DNA of 64,000 nt, taken from assembly GCA_028534125.1 (NCBI GenBank), contig CM052816.1, positions 15,998,001 through 16,062,000 on the forward strand, given 5' to 3'. Within the stretch, counting starts at the first letter, position 1, and each line of letters begins with the position of its first letter. This stretch comes from Lama glama (Eukaryota). The notes under the pieces are model-generated. The model saw only the letters and a program-made list of their open reading frames with translations, had not been told where the DNA came from and ran no database searches. This document shows positions 1-12,800 of this stretch, in pieces. The translations under genes and the position numbers were made by a program.

Positions 1-756
1 GGCAGTTGCCTCGGGGTAAGCCCAGGATGAACTGCTCTTTGAACTGGCGGGACTGGTTCTGTGTCTAGCCGCCTGGGTAGTCAGGGCAGTCACGGGTTGC
101 TTGCCTTGCCGTGCCTGTGAGGAGGGAGGCCTCAGGAAGGGGCCTCTCGTAAATCGTTAACTCCCAGAGCAGCCTCTGCTGCTGGGTCCCCTCAGCCCCA
201 CCCCCAGTCATGATCTGGCGCTTAGAAAGCCCACCCCAAGCCAGAAGTCAGAGGTTAGGGGTCAGAGCCAGAAGTCCCAGCACCTGGACTAATCCCTCCC
301 CCAACTATCAGGAGGGAGGTGCAGGGGTGGGGGGTACAGTGGAGAGAGCCTCTGTGGGGAAGGCCCTTTTCTGTAAGTTCAGAGCTTCTCACCCTAATCT
401 GCCCTCCAGCCTTACTACTGTAGCCCTGACCTTTGCCTATTAGGGGAGAGTCAGGAGCTAAAGGTGGGCCTCCTGGGGCAGCCCCTGGGCAAATCCCAAC
501 CCTACCAGACCTTAATTCTCAGGGAGATTAACTATGCCAGTCCCACCCACTTCACCTCAAGGGGTGTCACCAGGACTAGATAATGAATGCGTTAAGGAAA
601 ATTATTTGATATTGTTCACAATTAGGATAGGATCCTCAGCATTGTTCCAACCCTGCTTCTTGGTACTGGGGTCCTCCAAGTGAAATAATAAAGGTTGCCT
701 TTCGGGAGTCATTGTACTAAACCCTTTACCAGCTACTAATCTATTTAGCAATCACA

Positions 757-870
757 TCATTTTGCAAATAAGGAAACTGAGGCTCTGAGAGGAGAAGTGA
801 CTTACCCAGGCTGTGGCAGCTGTACAGGAGCAGGGCCAGGATTTGAACCAGTTTTGTGCTCTCAAGCTGA
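757..870 (+). mobile_element. MIR SINE fragment
   Basis: MIR core-like 'ttttgcaaataaggaaactgaggctctgagaggagaagtgacttacccagg...gccaggatttgaacc'. Confidence 0.65.
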
Positions 871-3664
871 ATGAACCCTTGAAGGGTTCTCTGTCTCCTT
901 CTCAAATTCCTAAGCTGCGTGTGAGGAGACACCCTAAAGGCAGAATAGGCTGGACAATCCCCCAAGTGTAACACTGTTGTGTAGGGGCTGACATGAGGCA
1001 AGTAAGGGAGAGTATGTAGGCAGGAGACTGGCAATGCCCCCACCACCTCTGTGAGCCCCTCCTCCAGGGAAGCTCCCCCTCAGGTCATGTAGCCCTTGGT
1101 GCTACCACAGGGGAAGCTTGGCTGCTGCTCCCTCCACCTCTCAGGAAGAATTCTCCTGCCCCAGACAGGCTAATGAGGGAAGATTGATGGTGCTACCACC
1201 CTTTTCGCTAGGGAGGCATCTCAGAAGCTGAGGCGATGGAGACAAAAAAAAAAAAAAATCAACTTTTAATCGAGATTGCAGATTCAGAAAAGATTCATAA
1301 GTGAAATGATTCCCCAAGGAAATATAAAAAGTTACTTACGGCACGGCTAAATTGAGCATGCTTCAATCAGAGGCTGTTGAGAAATCATTAAGATATACAA
1401 GACACTTTTTTAGATATATATGAGCTCTGGCCATTGCTCCAGTTAGAGAGAAGAGACCTGGCCCTGTGCTGGGTTGGACATCTGTGTCACCTCCTACCAC
1501 TCAGACCCATGGCTGGGGAAGGAGGGGAAAGTGGGGAGAAATTCTACCTGCCAAGCCCTAAGAGCCACTGCCCAAAGGTTGCCATTGCCCCTATGGGCCC
1601 AGAGGCTCTCTGGCAAGGGAGAGTGGAGCAGAGGGATTATGGTTAGACAGAACTTTTTATTGATTATTTATTCTCACTTTCCAACATCATAATGGCATGG
1701 CAGGACTAGAACTACCTACTTCCTTTGAAAAATTAAAGAGGGGATACTCCACTTCATATCCCCTCACCCCTTCCCCTATTGCTTAGGTTGGCCTGAGGAA
1801 GTGGGCACCCTACTTGAACACAGAAGGACCAGAATGCACTCTCAGATCTGTTTGAGGGCTTGGCCTTGGGGGAAGGGACAGGCCAGGGAACGTAGGGAAA
1901 TGAATCACCCTGGGGAGTTTTCACAGATGATAACTAGCTTTTGAGAGGACATTCGCCTCTCCCCATTGTAGCCACATCCATTTCTTTATTGGAAGGCTTA
2001 TTTGAGGTTTAACACTCCTCTTTGCAGCCTGTGGGGGTCTTTCTGCCCCTTGCCTTCCCCATGCCTAGGACTTTCAGGGTGGGGTTAGGACATCAGTGGA
2101 GGGTCTCTGCTGAATACTTATCACTTTCCCCATTCTGTGTCCTCTTGGAGACCAGGACTCCTGGGCCTGGGATAGGGTCAAGACTTTACTCATCTCCATG
2201 CTTTGTCAAGTGCCTGGCCCCCGGTTGGTGTTAAATAGTTACTGAATAGGAGGGACATGGGGATGTGGCTGGGGCAATCTGTCTTATGGGGGAAGGTGTG
2301 GAGGAGAGAGACAGGCCATAGCCTGATCAGGGGACTGGAGTGGCGGTGCCTGGACCCCTTTTCTTATGCCCATCTGCAGTGGGTAGCATCTTCCTCCATC
2401 AAACCATCAGCGAAGGCAAGAAACCCGAGTCGGATGCTGGTGGCCACACTGCCTTGTGGGTGACAGGAACCCGATCCTGGCCAGGCTGAGGCGCTATTTT
2501 AAACCCCAGCCCCAAGCTGCCGCCTCAAACTGCTTGGCCCATCTCTGGTTACAAAGCCACCGCCCACCTCCCAGCCACTTCCTCCTTCCCACCCTGGGAC
2601 CCCCTAGGCTGGTGCTAGGTACAGTATGTCTTGGGGCAACCCTGCTCTCTGTAGGCCTTGGTCTGTCAGCTGGCACCAATGCCCTCCTCCATCCCCTAGC
2701 TGTGCCCACTTAGGCACCATCCTCCGTTCACACAAGGACCCACTGACCTGTATTCTGACTGAAAATTCCCCCATGGATGAGGGTTCTCTTCCCTGGAAAT
2801 AAGGGTACACCCTGGCCAGAGAACCTGAAATGTTGGGTCCTGACTCTGCTGGGGCTAGAGCATGCAGGCCAAGACAGGGCGGATGCTAAAGGAGAGGAAG
2901 TAAGTTAGACATAAGTAGGGACTTCCCAGCAGTTGAGACTGCGCACCAGAAAACTTTCCCTTGCCTGCCTGCCTGCCTGCTTGAGCAGGAAGTGGAAGAT
3001 AACTCCAGAGGGAACCCCATCTCCAATCCTCTGGCTCAAAGGCTTGTGGCCTGGGGGACTCAGTCACCATTTAGTCAGCCTACAGTATCTTCTTCCCTCC
3101 CCTTCCTGGAGGGGAGAGCTGGGCACTCAGGTGGCCCAGCTGTCAGCTGGCTGAGCCTTCTGGACTTGTGTCCACAATCCTTCTCCTACTCCAGGCAGTA
3201 GCCCCCACTGGCTCTGAGACCTGCCAAACTCAACCCCAGGCCAACATTGTCCTAGAGGGAGGCAACATAGATGTTGCCAGGGCACCAAGGAAAAGGAGGA
3301 GGTTAATCAGCCATGTCGGCTCCCCCCATTTCAAGCTGGCTTAGGCAGTCTGAGTACCCCCAAGACCCCACCCACTCCCCCCACCCCCATGCTATGTAGT
3401 CTCAGCAGTAAGGTATTGGCACCATGCCTGGTGCAGCTGAGCAGTGACGCCAAAAGCCCTACCATCTCAGGCAAGCACGGTTCCCTCCAACCTGACAGTT
3501 GGGGCCATGGGGAAGGAGGGTGTCTCCCACCCTCTTGCGCCTGAGACAGCTGGGGACAGAACTGTTTTGGAAACTTCCCTTTCTACTACTGAAGAGATTG
3601 CTTGGCATTCCCATGGGGTCCTAGCCACCCCTTCCAACCCAGGGGGTTGATCCTGAGGTTAGAC

Positions 3665-3861
3665 TAGTGGTTCTCAACTAGGGCTGATTTTGCCTCCCAG
3701 GGGACACTGAGCAACGCCTGGAGATGTTTTTCCTTGTCACAACTGCTACTACTATCATCTAATAGGCAGAGACCAGGGATGCTGCTAAGCATCTTACAAT
3801 GCACAGGGACAAAGAATTAAACGGCCCAAAATATCAATAGTGCTAAGGTTGAGAAACCTTG
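3665..3861 (+). mobile_element. MER20 (hAT-Charlie) non-autonomous DNA transposon
   Basis: Termini 'tagtggttctcaac' and 'ggttgagaaacc'; internal 'gattttgcctcccaggggaca...gggatgctgctaagcatcttacaatgcacagg' match the MER20 consensus as I recall it. Confidence 0.85.
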
Positions 3862-5459
3862 GGAAGAACTCCCCGACTAATCTGGGAGCCAGGTGGGAGA
3901 TAGGAGGCATCTTCCAAACAGATATACACACACAGGGGCCAAGGCTCATCATCTCCCACCCCCACAGGCTGAGAAGGTCCTTCTGCCATTCTGGCTTCAG
4001 AGGCCCCTTGTGGCCCTAGGAATGTGGTAAGCCACCTGCCCACCCACCAGCCTCTGGACTTATTAGAAAAAGTACCCATGGTGGGTGGGGGGCCCCAGCA
4101 AAATCCATGAGGGGGACTCAGACACATCCTACCTACCAAGCAAGCTCTACAGAGCTCTCCCCACAAGAGGATTCTGGGCCTATAATAAGGCTCGGGGCTG
4201 CCCAGCCCTTCCAAGCCCAAGCCCAGAGGGTTGGCCCAGACCGGATGGAAGCTCTGGCCTCCTCCTCATCTCTCCGCCCCCTCCCATTTCTATTTATGAG
4301 GCAGCCATGGTGGCTCAGCTCCTGTCTCTGGTTTCCTAGGGAGCTCTGCTGAAACAACCCAGCCTCCATGGGTCCATCTGTCAGGGAGGCTGTTCCGCCC
4401 CATCGATCGCTGTTCCCAGGGGGCTGTGCTGCTCGAGGGACCCAGTGTGGTGGCCAGATAGGAGGGAACCACACCGATAAGAGGGGGTGGGGGTAGCTTG
4501 GCAGCAGGCAGAGCTGAGGGGGGCTGACACTTCAATGAGAAGAAACAAAGCTAGACAGGCATGAGAAATACAGAGGGCCAGGGGCACCAAGGCAGGAGGC
4601 TGGCTAGAATGACCTGTGAAGCGAGATGGTGCTCTCAGCACTCAGTTTTGCTTTTGGACACACCAAATTCCCACTTGCAAAAACAGTAATAATAGCTGAC
4701 ACGTGTCCAGCAGGAACAGTGTGTCCAGCAGAGGTGAAAGCAGCACCTCTGCTTTCATCTGAGGCTCACACCCGTCCAAAGCAGGTGCTGTTATTCTGCT
4801 CTGACAGGGAAGAAAGAGGCCCAGAGAGGTTAAAGCACTCATCAGCAGCCACAAAGAGGAGCAGACTTGGAGGCAAGTCAGCCTGGCCAGTGGCTGTGCC
4901 CCAGCCCCAGACACCGCCAGGCCCAGGGGGAGGAGGCGTGTCTCACCAGGCTAGAGGCCCTGCCTGCCCTCCCCATGAAGCCGCCTCCTCCCCCGGGCTC
5001 TGTGACATCTGCCCCGCTTCCCGGCCCCAGACAGCTGCCCAAAGCCACGTCAGCACTTCCACCCGGGAGCCTGGAAACTGGCTCTGGCCCCTGGGCAATG
5101 GGGGACCGGGGGGTTGTGAGTCCCCAACAGGGCGGCCTTAAAAGAGGGAGGCTGACTCTGCCCAGCAAGCACTGGGTCAGCATGACCTTAGGTTGGGCTT
5201 CTCTGAGCCTCAGTTTCCCTTGTTCGGATTCGGGGGTGGGCTTTGGGAAGGGGCTCAGAAGAAGAAACAGCAACATCTTGGATGGACAGTAGTAAATTTT
5301 CCCTTGCAGCCAGAGTTCTGGGGAACCCGGGGCAGGCTGCCACCCCCACTGTCCACTCGGGGCCAGGTGGTCATTTGGCAGGGTTTACAGGGGTGAGGGG
5401 AGTGGTGGGGAAGTGTCTGTGCCTGGCCAGGCCCGAACACTGGCTGGCTGGGGCCAGAG

Positions 5460-5970
5460 ATAACCGGCGCCTCCCGGAAAATCATTAGCATCTGTTTGGG
5501 CCACGGCAAAGTTGGCCTGCAGGCGCCTCCGCCCGCCGGAAACGGCCCCCCACGCCCCCACCCAGGCGCTCTGGCGCACCAACTGTGGCCACCCCCTTCA
5601 CCGGGGCCAGCTCAAACTCGTGTAGCAACAACATCCACCCACCCGGGGAAGGGGGGCCTGGGTGCAGGGCCGTAGGCCGGTCAGGCAGGGGTCTGGCCTC
5701 GCCGTCGGGCGTCCTGGCGCGATGTGGGCGGTCCGGTCCGTGCTCCGGGCGATCCAGGCCAGCTCTTGGCGGCGCCCGCACTGGCGGCAGCCCAGGGAGT
5801 GTGTGGAAATGACACCGCCAGGGCGGCGGAGATCCCCCCTCCTGACATTGGCTGGAAAGTGGAGCAGCTCATCAGGGACAATCAATGGCGATCGATCGTT
5901 GCAAGACGAGGGCGGGAGGCGTGGGGGAGGGGCAGCGGGGCCGGCAGAGGTGGGGGCATCCGCGGCTGAG
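5460..5970. promoter_or_regulatory. Intergenic CpG island (probable promoter/enhancer)
   Basis: Sharp local enrichment of CpG and GC, GC boxes (gggcgg/ccgccc), ETS-like ccggaa motifs, CGATCGATCG palindrome at 5889-5898; flanks are CpG-depleted. Confidence 0.8.
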
Positions 5971-7599
5971 GTCAAACAACACATAGACCCGCAAAGGGGC
6001 ACAGCAGCACAGTGGGTCACAAAGACACACAATGCGGACTGGGATGGGCCACCATCCCTACCAAGGAGGCACACTCACCATACGGACTTGCAGCACACCA
6101 CAAAGGTCTCTGACACAAGTATGACACAACGAGGTCAAGGGGTCAAACAGATGGTTCCCACGGACACACACAGTAGGATCACAGACATAACAATACAACG
6201 CTTCACACTATCACACAACTAGTTCATACCACCACAACCGATGATCCTACACTAGAAACCCACGACATCACCAATACACAGTGAGTCACAACATCCCACT
6301 AGCTGGTCTCAACTACACAACAGAACGGAGTTACATACTCTGGCTGCACAACAAAGCAAAAAAATCACACGGCTAAATTATACATCATCACCATCACCTC
6401 AAACAACACTGTCAAACTGGGTCTTACACTATGGAACACAATGGTGCCCCATATTGGCAACACAACAGGATAGAGATCCTAAGTATACAACAGGGCACCA
6501 CACTGCCACATGTTGCACTTCAGCAACTAACACAAATGCAGCATATCACATCCCCCAACATGAATGAATATAACATGGAACAAACACTGCGGCACAGGCA
6601 AACCAGCATTAACTCTTTGGGTTCTGACAGAACTAAATGAGCTACTGCAGGTTAGGCACTTAGCACAGGGCCAGGCACATGGTAAGCACTCAAAACAGAG
6701 GGTACTGGGATCATTTTTAATGTAGGTATACTAGTTGTCATACCAATATAACGATTGTAACTCCATAGTAGCATCACTCTCTCCAGATAGGTCCATTCCT
6801 CTCCAAGAACCTGATTCATCCCACTAGCAAAACTAGTTCTGTCATTACACACATCTGAGAGACTCCAAGTGTCACAAACAACTCACACTGCTGCACTTTC
6901 TCACACAGTGACCTCACATATCACCTCCCCTAGGACACAGCCACACAGGCCATACACACTCTGGGACTTTGGTGGGGAAACCACCCCTAATCTCTCATCC
7001 GGTGCATCTCAACTAGTCCATAGCTACTGGTTCCATTTCTTGCCTCTCTCACAAAGTTGTAGAACACGAAGCACCTCCCACCCAGCAGTGATCAGTCACA
7101 ACAGGGTCCCAGAACCTCCCAGGTAAGTATCCCTAACCAGTCTCTCTCTCCATTTCTCCATTTCATGTACAGAAACTGAGGCATCAGTTCCAGGTCCCTC
7201 AGAAAAAGCCCTCCTTATCCCAAATCTAAAGCAGGAAACAGGGCTGGCCCCTGATCTGAAACATCCCTCCTCTTCCCAGGGGTACATGTGTGGGAACAAG
7301 GCTAAGATCCCTCATTCCTTCAACACACCCTTTTGGGCGACTCCTGTGGTTTCCAGTGTAGGGCCAGCTAGGTTGTAGCTCTCACTTCCTCCAATTAAGG
7401 CCTGGGCCCTCCCAGGGGCTTCCACGAATCCCTTGCAGCCAGTGAGCTCCCCCTAAAGGTTCCACCTGGAAAGACTTCCAACATTCCCTAGTTTTGCCTG
7501 GCTGTGTAACAATGACTTAATATTCCAACCTCTCTGTGCTTGGATCCCAAGTCCTGCCTACTGAGCCAAGATTCCAATACCTCCCCCCTTTCTGGACCT

Positions 7600-7615
7600 C
7601 ATGTGCGCGTGCGCG

Positions 7616-7653
<38 letters not shown>
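7600..7653. repeat. Compound (TG/CG)n(CA)n microsatellite
   Basis: catgtgcgcgtgcgcgtgcgcg followed by (ca)16; 54 bp of uninterrupted purine-pyrimidine alternation. Confidence 0.95.
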
Positions 7654-7654
<1 letters not shown>

Positions 7655-8214
7655 CTGCGTTCTTTAAGAGCTGTAGGACCACTGACCTGTGACCTAGAAT
7701 GGGCTAGGATCCTGGGCTGTGGGGAGTGCTACAATCACCCATGTCTCATCCCTTACCCTTATCCTTCACGTAGGGCTGGGAAACAGCTGGGGGAAGTCCT
7801 TCCACATCACCTCCACTCCCAGGGGCTGGAGGCAACTCTTCCTATCATACCCTTCCAGGCTTTTATTCACCAGAAAGGGGAGCTAGGCTCCTCTTTTGTA
7901 CCCCAAAGAGAAGCAGAGGGACACAAACCCTGGGCAGGAACACACAGGCTGGCAAGGCATGTTCCATCTAAATGCCTACCCATTATTTGTAGGCACATTC
8001 TTGTAGGATTTGCAAGTGGCTATGTAAGCCATGGGCCACTAAGTCCCTGGGTGTCCTAGTAGCTTGAGAAATCCTCTGGCTTGTACAGGAGACCAGGAAA
8101 GATGTCCCACTGTTCATGCCTACTTCCCTGAATCCATAAGCACCCACAGCCACAACACTTTAATTTGATAAGGCCACTTTCCACCAAGTATTGCCTATAG
8201 GCCAGGCTAGGGGC

Positions 8215-8320
8215 CAAGTGCCCATTTTCTAGATGAGAAAACCAAGCAAAGGAGAGATAAATTAGTTGCTCAAGAATATACAACTGAAAAGTCACGGACT
8301 TGTGATTCAAATCCAGATCT
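8215..8320 (+). mobile_element. MIR SINE fragment
   Basis: 'cccattttctagatgagaaaacc...aattagttgctcaag...ttcaaatccagatct' resembles the MIR core. Confidence 0.55.
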
Positions 8321-9814
8321 TACTTCTGTTCCTCAAAGGCTACACAGCTTAGGCTCACACCCATATGCATAAACACTAAGGAATGTTCATGCTCACAATT
8401 CTCTCACACTCTCACAAGTTCCTGCACACATAGGCAGCCCCCTCCCGCACATACTCACACACACAGGCAGGCTTATACTCTCCCACGCCTGGGGCCTGTC
8501 AGCCACATTCTCCATGGCTCCCTCCCTCCAAACAGGGACAGGGGCAGGCAGGGAGTCCACATTCCCAGGTTTCCGCCCTGACCCTGACCCCCCCCCCTTC
8601 CCCACTCAGAGCACACATTCCTCCTGCTACAGCCAGATAACCAGCCCCAGGGGGAGGCCTGAGAGAAAGCAAGGCATTCTGGGGGCCAGACTGCTGGCCT
8701 TACTCTGGGCTGCCTAAGCCCTGACTCTACTGCCTGAGTCTGGCTTGGTAAGAAGACAGAGTTCTCCCTGAAGACAGCCCCTACTCCTCTAGCCAGGCTA
8801 GACCCAAGGCTTCCCTCCTTATTCCAGGGACTTTCTTAGGCTCAGAGCTTCATACTCCAGAAAGGGCCCTCAGAGGTCTCCCAACTCAACCTTTGGGTGC
8901 AAAATCCCTTATACAGTTAGTAACTAGAGCAGGACTTGCAGAGCCCCCAGGACTCCTCTCTCTCCTGCTCTTATGAGTCTCTGGGCAGGCTGAAGCCTGG
9001 GTTCCATGCACCAACAGGCCCTAGGTAGTTTTCCCCATCTGGGGGTAGTGGCAGTTAATTCTCACAGCATCTGCCTGGGGTGCACTTGGCTGGCTCAGCA
9101 AATCTGGAGATATTCACATACCCAGATGGCCAAGACTGAAATTTCAGAGAATTCCCCAAGAAGAGGCAGCTGGCTTCCGGGTAGTGGCCCTAGAGGCTCC
9201 CAGCTGTTGGGCTGGAAGAGTGGGGAGTCTGGGGCCCCAAAACACAAGATAAGATTGAAAAAGATAAGAGAAGAACATTTCCTACGCCCTATCACCAGCC
9301 CCCAGCTCTGTTCTTCCTCTCTAGGCCCCTAACCTTTAGGTATGAAAAGCCACATCTCAGCTGCCCAGAGTAGATATGCAGGCAAATGAGACAGGGTTCG
9401 CTGGCTGGAGTCGCAGGGACGACCTGCCTTTAGGGAAAGGCAACAGTAGGCACCAGAGTTGCCAGAAATATGAGATCCCCTTGTCCACATGAACCAGGCC
9501 CTGGCCTGGTCCCTACTAATCTGTCTACACACAGACATATGGGTACTATACCAATGGGGAGGAGGAAAGGGAGCTTGGTGGCCTGACATTTCTGGCAGGC
9601 CTTGGGCTAGGACACTAACCTGTTCCTTCACTGTGATTAAGTCTATGAGGGAGCCTGACTGAGCTAGGCACTGAGCCATCCAGTCAATTCTGTCTAAACT
9701 GTAAACAAAGCCAAGCCCAAACAGCCCTCCCCACTGCAACAAAAGCCCCTCCCAGGTTCTATCCAAGCAGAATTACTGACCACCCACCTCATGGTCGTTA
9801 CAGCTATAGGTCAC

Positions 9815-9833
9815 TACTGCCCTCTGCTGGCCA
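9815..9833 (-). promoter_or_regulatory. CTCF binding motif
   Basis: Minus strand TGGCCAGCAGAGGGCAGTA is a close match to the 19-bp CTCF core consensus (TGGCCASYAGRKGGCRSYA). Confidence 0.7.
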
Positions 9834-12800
9834 CTCAGGCACTAGCATCCATCAAGATGCCAGCTCACTCTACCCAAGCAAATGCACTTCAGTCACCTCT
9901 TTCATCTGTGGGCATAGAAACTTGAACCTATCTGTCACCTATGTCAGGGGGTGGCAGGGAGCAAGATAAGCAAGGACGAACCCAGGGACACAGTGTGTCA
10001 GAGGAGAAATCACCAAGGAATTCTGCCTCCCTCCCCAAAATTTACATCCAAAACTTCAAAAGGAAGTGCCCTATCTACCCAGCTTAGAGGTTAAACTCAC
10101 AACCATGGAAACAGTACCTGCCCCACAACCTGTTACAATGCACAAGAACCTCCCCTCACTCCTTGTGTTATGCCCTCTCTTTGTCCCCTCCAGAGGAGGG
10201 CCAGGCTTAGATGATCTGGAACCATCCTTCCAAAAACCCCAACTTCCTGGAAGGTTTGAGACTTTGTTCCCCTGGTTCCCTCTGTTACACTGCAGCAATG
10301 GAAGTCCTGGGTGCCCCCTAAAACAAGGCTAGCCTCCCTCAACACTTAATGCAACACCTTGCAAGCAGCCACACCTTTCAAAGACAGCAGCGTTGTGGAC
10401 TAGAGGTAGGGGGAGACTGCCCAGAAGGACCTAACCAGCATCGTCCCTTAATTAGCTGGGGGAAGCTCCAGACACCCGTCAGGTACGGTAGCCTAGATTT
10501 TGCCATCTGTATGAAGCATAGAACATCCCTCACCCTGAGGTGGCTCTGGAGGCCAAACGTCAGGTTGTATTTAGGAACTGTATCTAGAAAGCTCCAAGTC
10601 TGAAGGACTAAGAAGCAGTTTTGGAGCTTCCAAAGCTACCCTTATTTCCTATGGAAAACTTCAAAGGCGAGAAAGCTGGCCAAACCCTCCCGACTCACTC
10701 TCATTCTCTAGAGGCCCTACAATTCAGGGCAGGGGAGTACCCTTTAAGAGTCAAGATTTTGAAGTACTTAGGAAGAAGTTCAAACAGGAGAACAAGTGGC
10801 TTAGGGCACAGAGTGAGGTTCTTGGGAAAATGGCTGCTATCACTCCTCACTCATATCTTTAGAAGTCTGAAAAGGAAGACAGCACATTCACCAAGGCTGG
10901 TGCTGCTCTTCTCTGGATGGCAGTCACCGGAGACCTGGCCTGGGCACACAGCAGCTTCTTTTTGGCCTTTCCAAACGTGATCAACCATTTGCTTTCAGAG
11001 TACACTGTAGGGCAATCAGGAGTTCCAGCCCTGGAAAAGGGCATTCTACCAATAACTCACACAGGAGTTTAAAAACAAAACCCCCACTCAACTGAAAACT
11101 ATTAAGCTGTTGTCCTGGGGCTAAGATATTCACATAGTTCATTTGATAAGAGGCAGATCTGGTTAAGGTGCAGCTCCACAAAAAACTCAAAGATGAAAAG
11201 TAATCATCTGTTACAAAAATGCCTCTTCCTTAACTGGCCCAGGAGCAGTCACTGAGAAAGGGCAAAGCTGGCTGGTGATTGTGCTATACATTCAGTCACC
11301 TGAGGCCAAAGGTCTTAAAGGCTTTAGTTAGTCCCAGTCTTTGAACTTTTCCTACTTATATTGGCTAAGGTAAAATATGGCAACAATGGGAGAAGGTATT
11401 TGTTTCAGCATTACCCTGACAAGGTGATCCCATGCCAGTTTTCATTCTTTCTAAGCCCATCCCAGGAACTGGCCTAGAAACAATCACAGGGACCTGAACA
11501 CCAACCACTTACACCAGCTGGGGCTAAGGTTAGGAAAAGGCTTTTAAGGAAGGCTTTTGTGGAATACAGAGAACTCAGAGCCACGTTTCTTCAACACACA
11601 TACACAACATAAGAAAAAATTAAATAGGGAATAGGCTCCAGAAGTGTCTCAAAGTAAGTCTATTTTCTCTTCTTGGATGGATATGAATGTATACTCTAAT
11701 AGTTTGCCAGTTCACAGTTAAAAATTTTAATATTAAAAATCTGCTTTCCTAACCCTTCTCCAGGCTCCTGGCCCCGGTCAGACTCCCAGGAGGCTCTTCA
11801 ACACAAAGCTCTATGTTTGGGAGCCACCACATGACAAACCGGACTAGCTGAAAGCTGGAATGACCTTAAGCACTTCAGCCTTCCTGTGGATCTATCTCAT
11901 CAAACAACCTAATGAAGATGTTTTAAAGTATAAAAAACAAAATAGGCTGGAATAAACTGTTGAAATACAAATACAGTATGCTTCATTTAGTGATTGTTAA
12001 CAGCTCCTTTGGATTTACCAATCTGTTGAGTTGTGAACGGGAGGGAAAAAGTTTTATGTGAATATATGCTGAGTCAGCATTTATGTTTTCCAACATTAAA
12101 TCACAAGAAAAATCTGCTTTCTTTTATATAACATCACACCCACCAAAATAACCCATCACTTGAAAATAAAGAGAATCAAAAGGAGATGGGTCCCTAACAC
12201 TGTAAAAATTTTCTGCAAGGGTAATAAATATGGTTATTCCTGAGCAGGAAGGAAGGCAAGATGTGTTCATAATTCAGAAGACCCAGGAACTAAAGAAAGT
12301 TCTTCTATTAAAACCTAGACACTGAAGGTTAAGGGTATGGTACAACAGACTGAGACAAAAGCCACAGTTTCTCCTTAACTGCAGACAACGGACAGTTTAT
12401 AGGCATTCCAACTGCAGTTTAGAAATAATTCATTTCTCCTGACAACCTACCAAGGGCTCAAAATAACTTGTTGAGGCAAAGAGGAATGACTCAAAAAGTG
12501 GAATACTGTAGCAATTGAAGTGGAAACAGAATGCCTCAATTGCTAGGTGCTGAGAACATGGGCCCCTCTCTCTGACCACCACCTTACCCTTCTCTCTACA
12601 GACCTCCCAGCTGTTCCCCACCCCAACAGTCCTCCTTCTCCAAGCCTTTGTACTAGCCAATGTGTAGAAACCAGTGAGACAATGCTACCTTTGACCCACA
12701 ACAGAATGTGCACGTATCCAAAACCATGTAGTTTTTACCAAAAGAGACTGCAACTATAACTTGATCAAGCACTCCATGTTATTAAGCAGCAAAACAAAGG

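Noticed and set aside
210..11190. Dozens of overlapping 60-190 aa ORFs in the GC-rich left region, including 4626..5141 and 5662..6222
   Set aside because: No recognisable domains, many GTG/TTG starts, and overlaps in several frames on both strands; expected by chance in GC-rich DNA. No CXXC5 or other known coding exon recognised.
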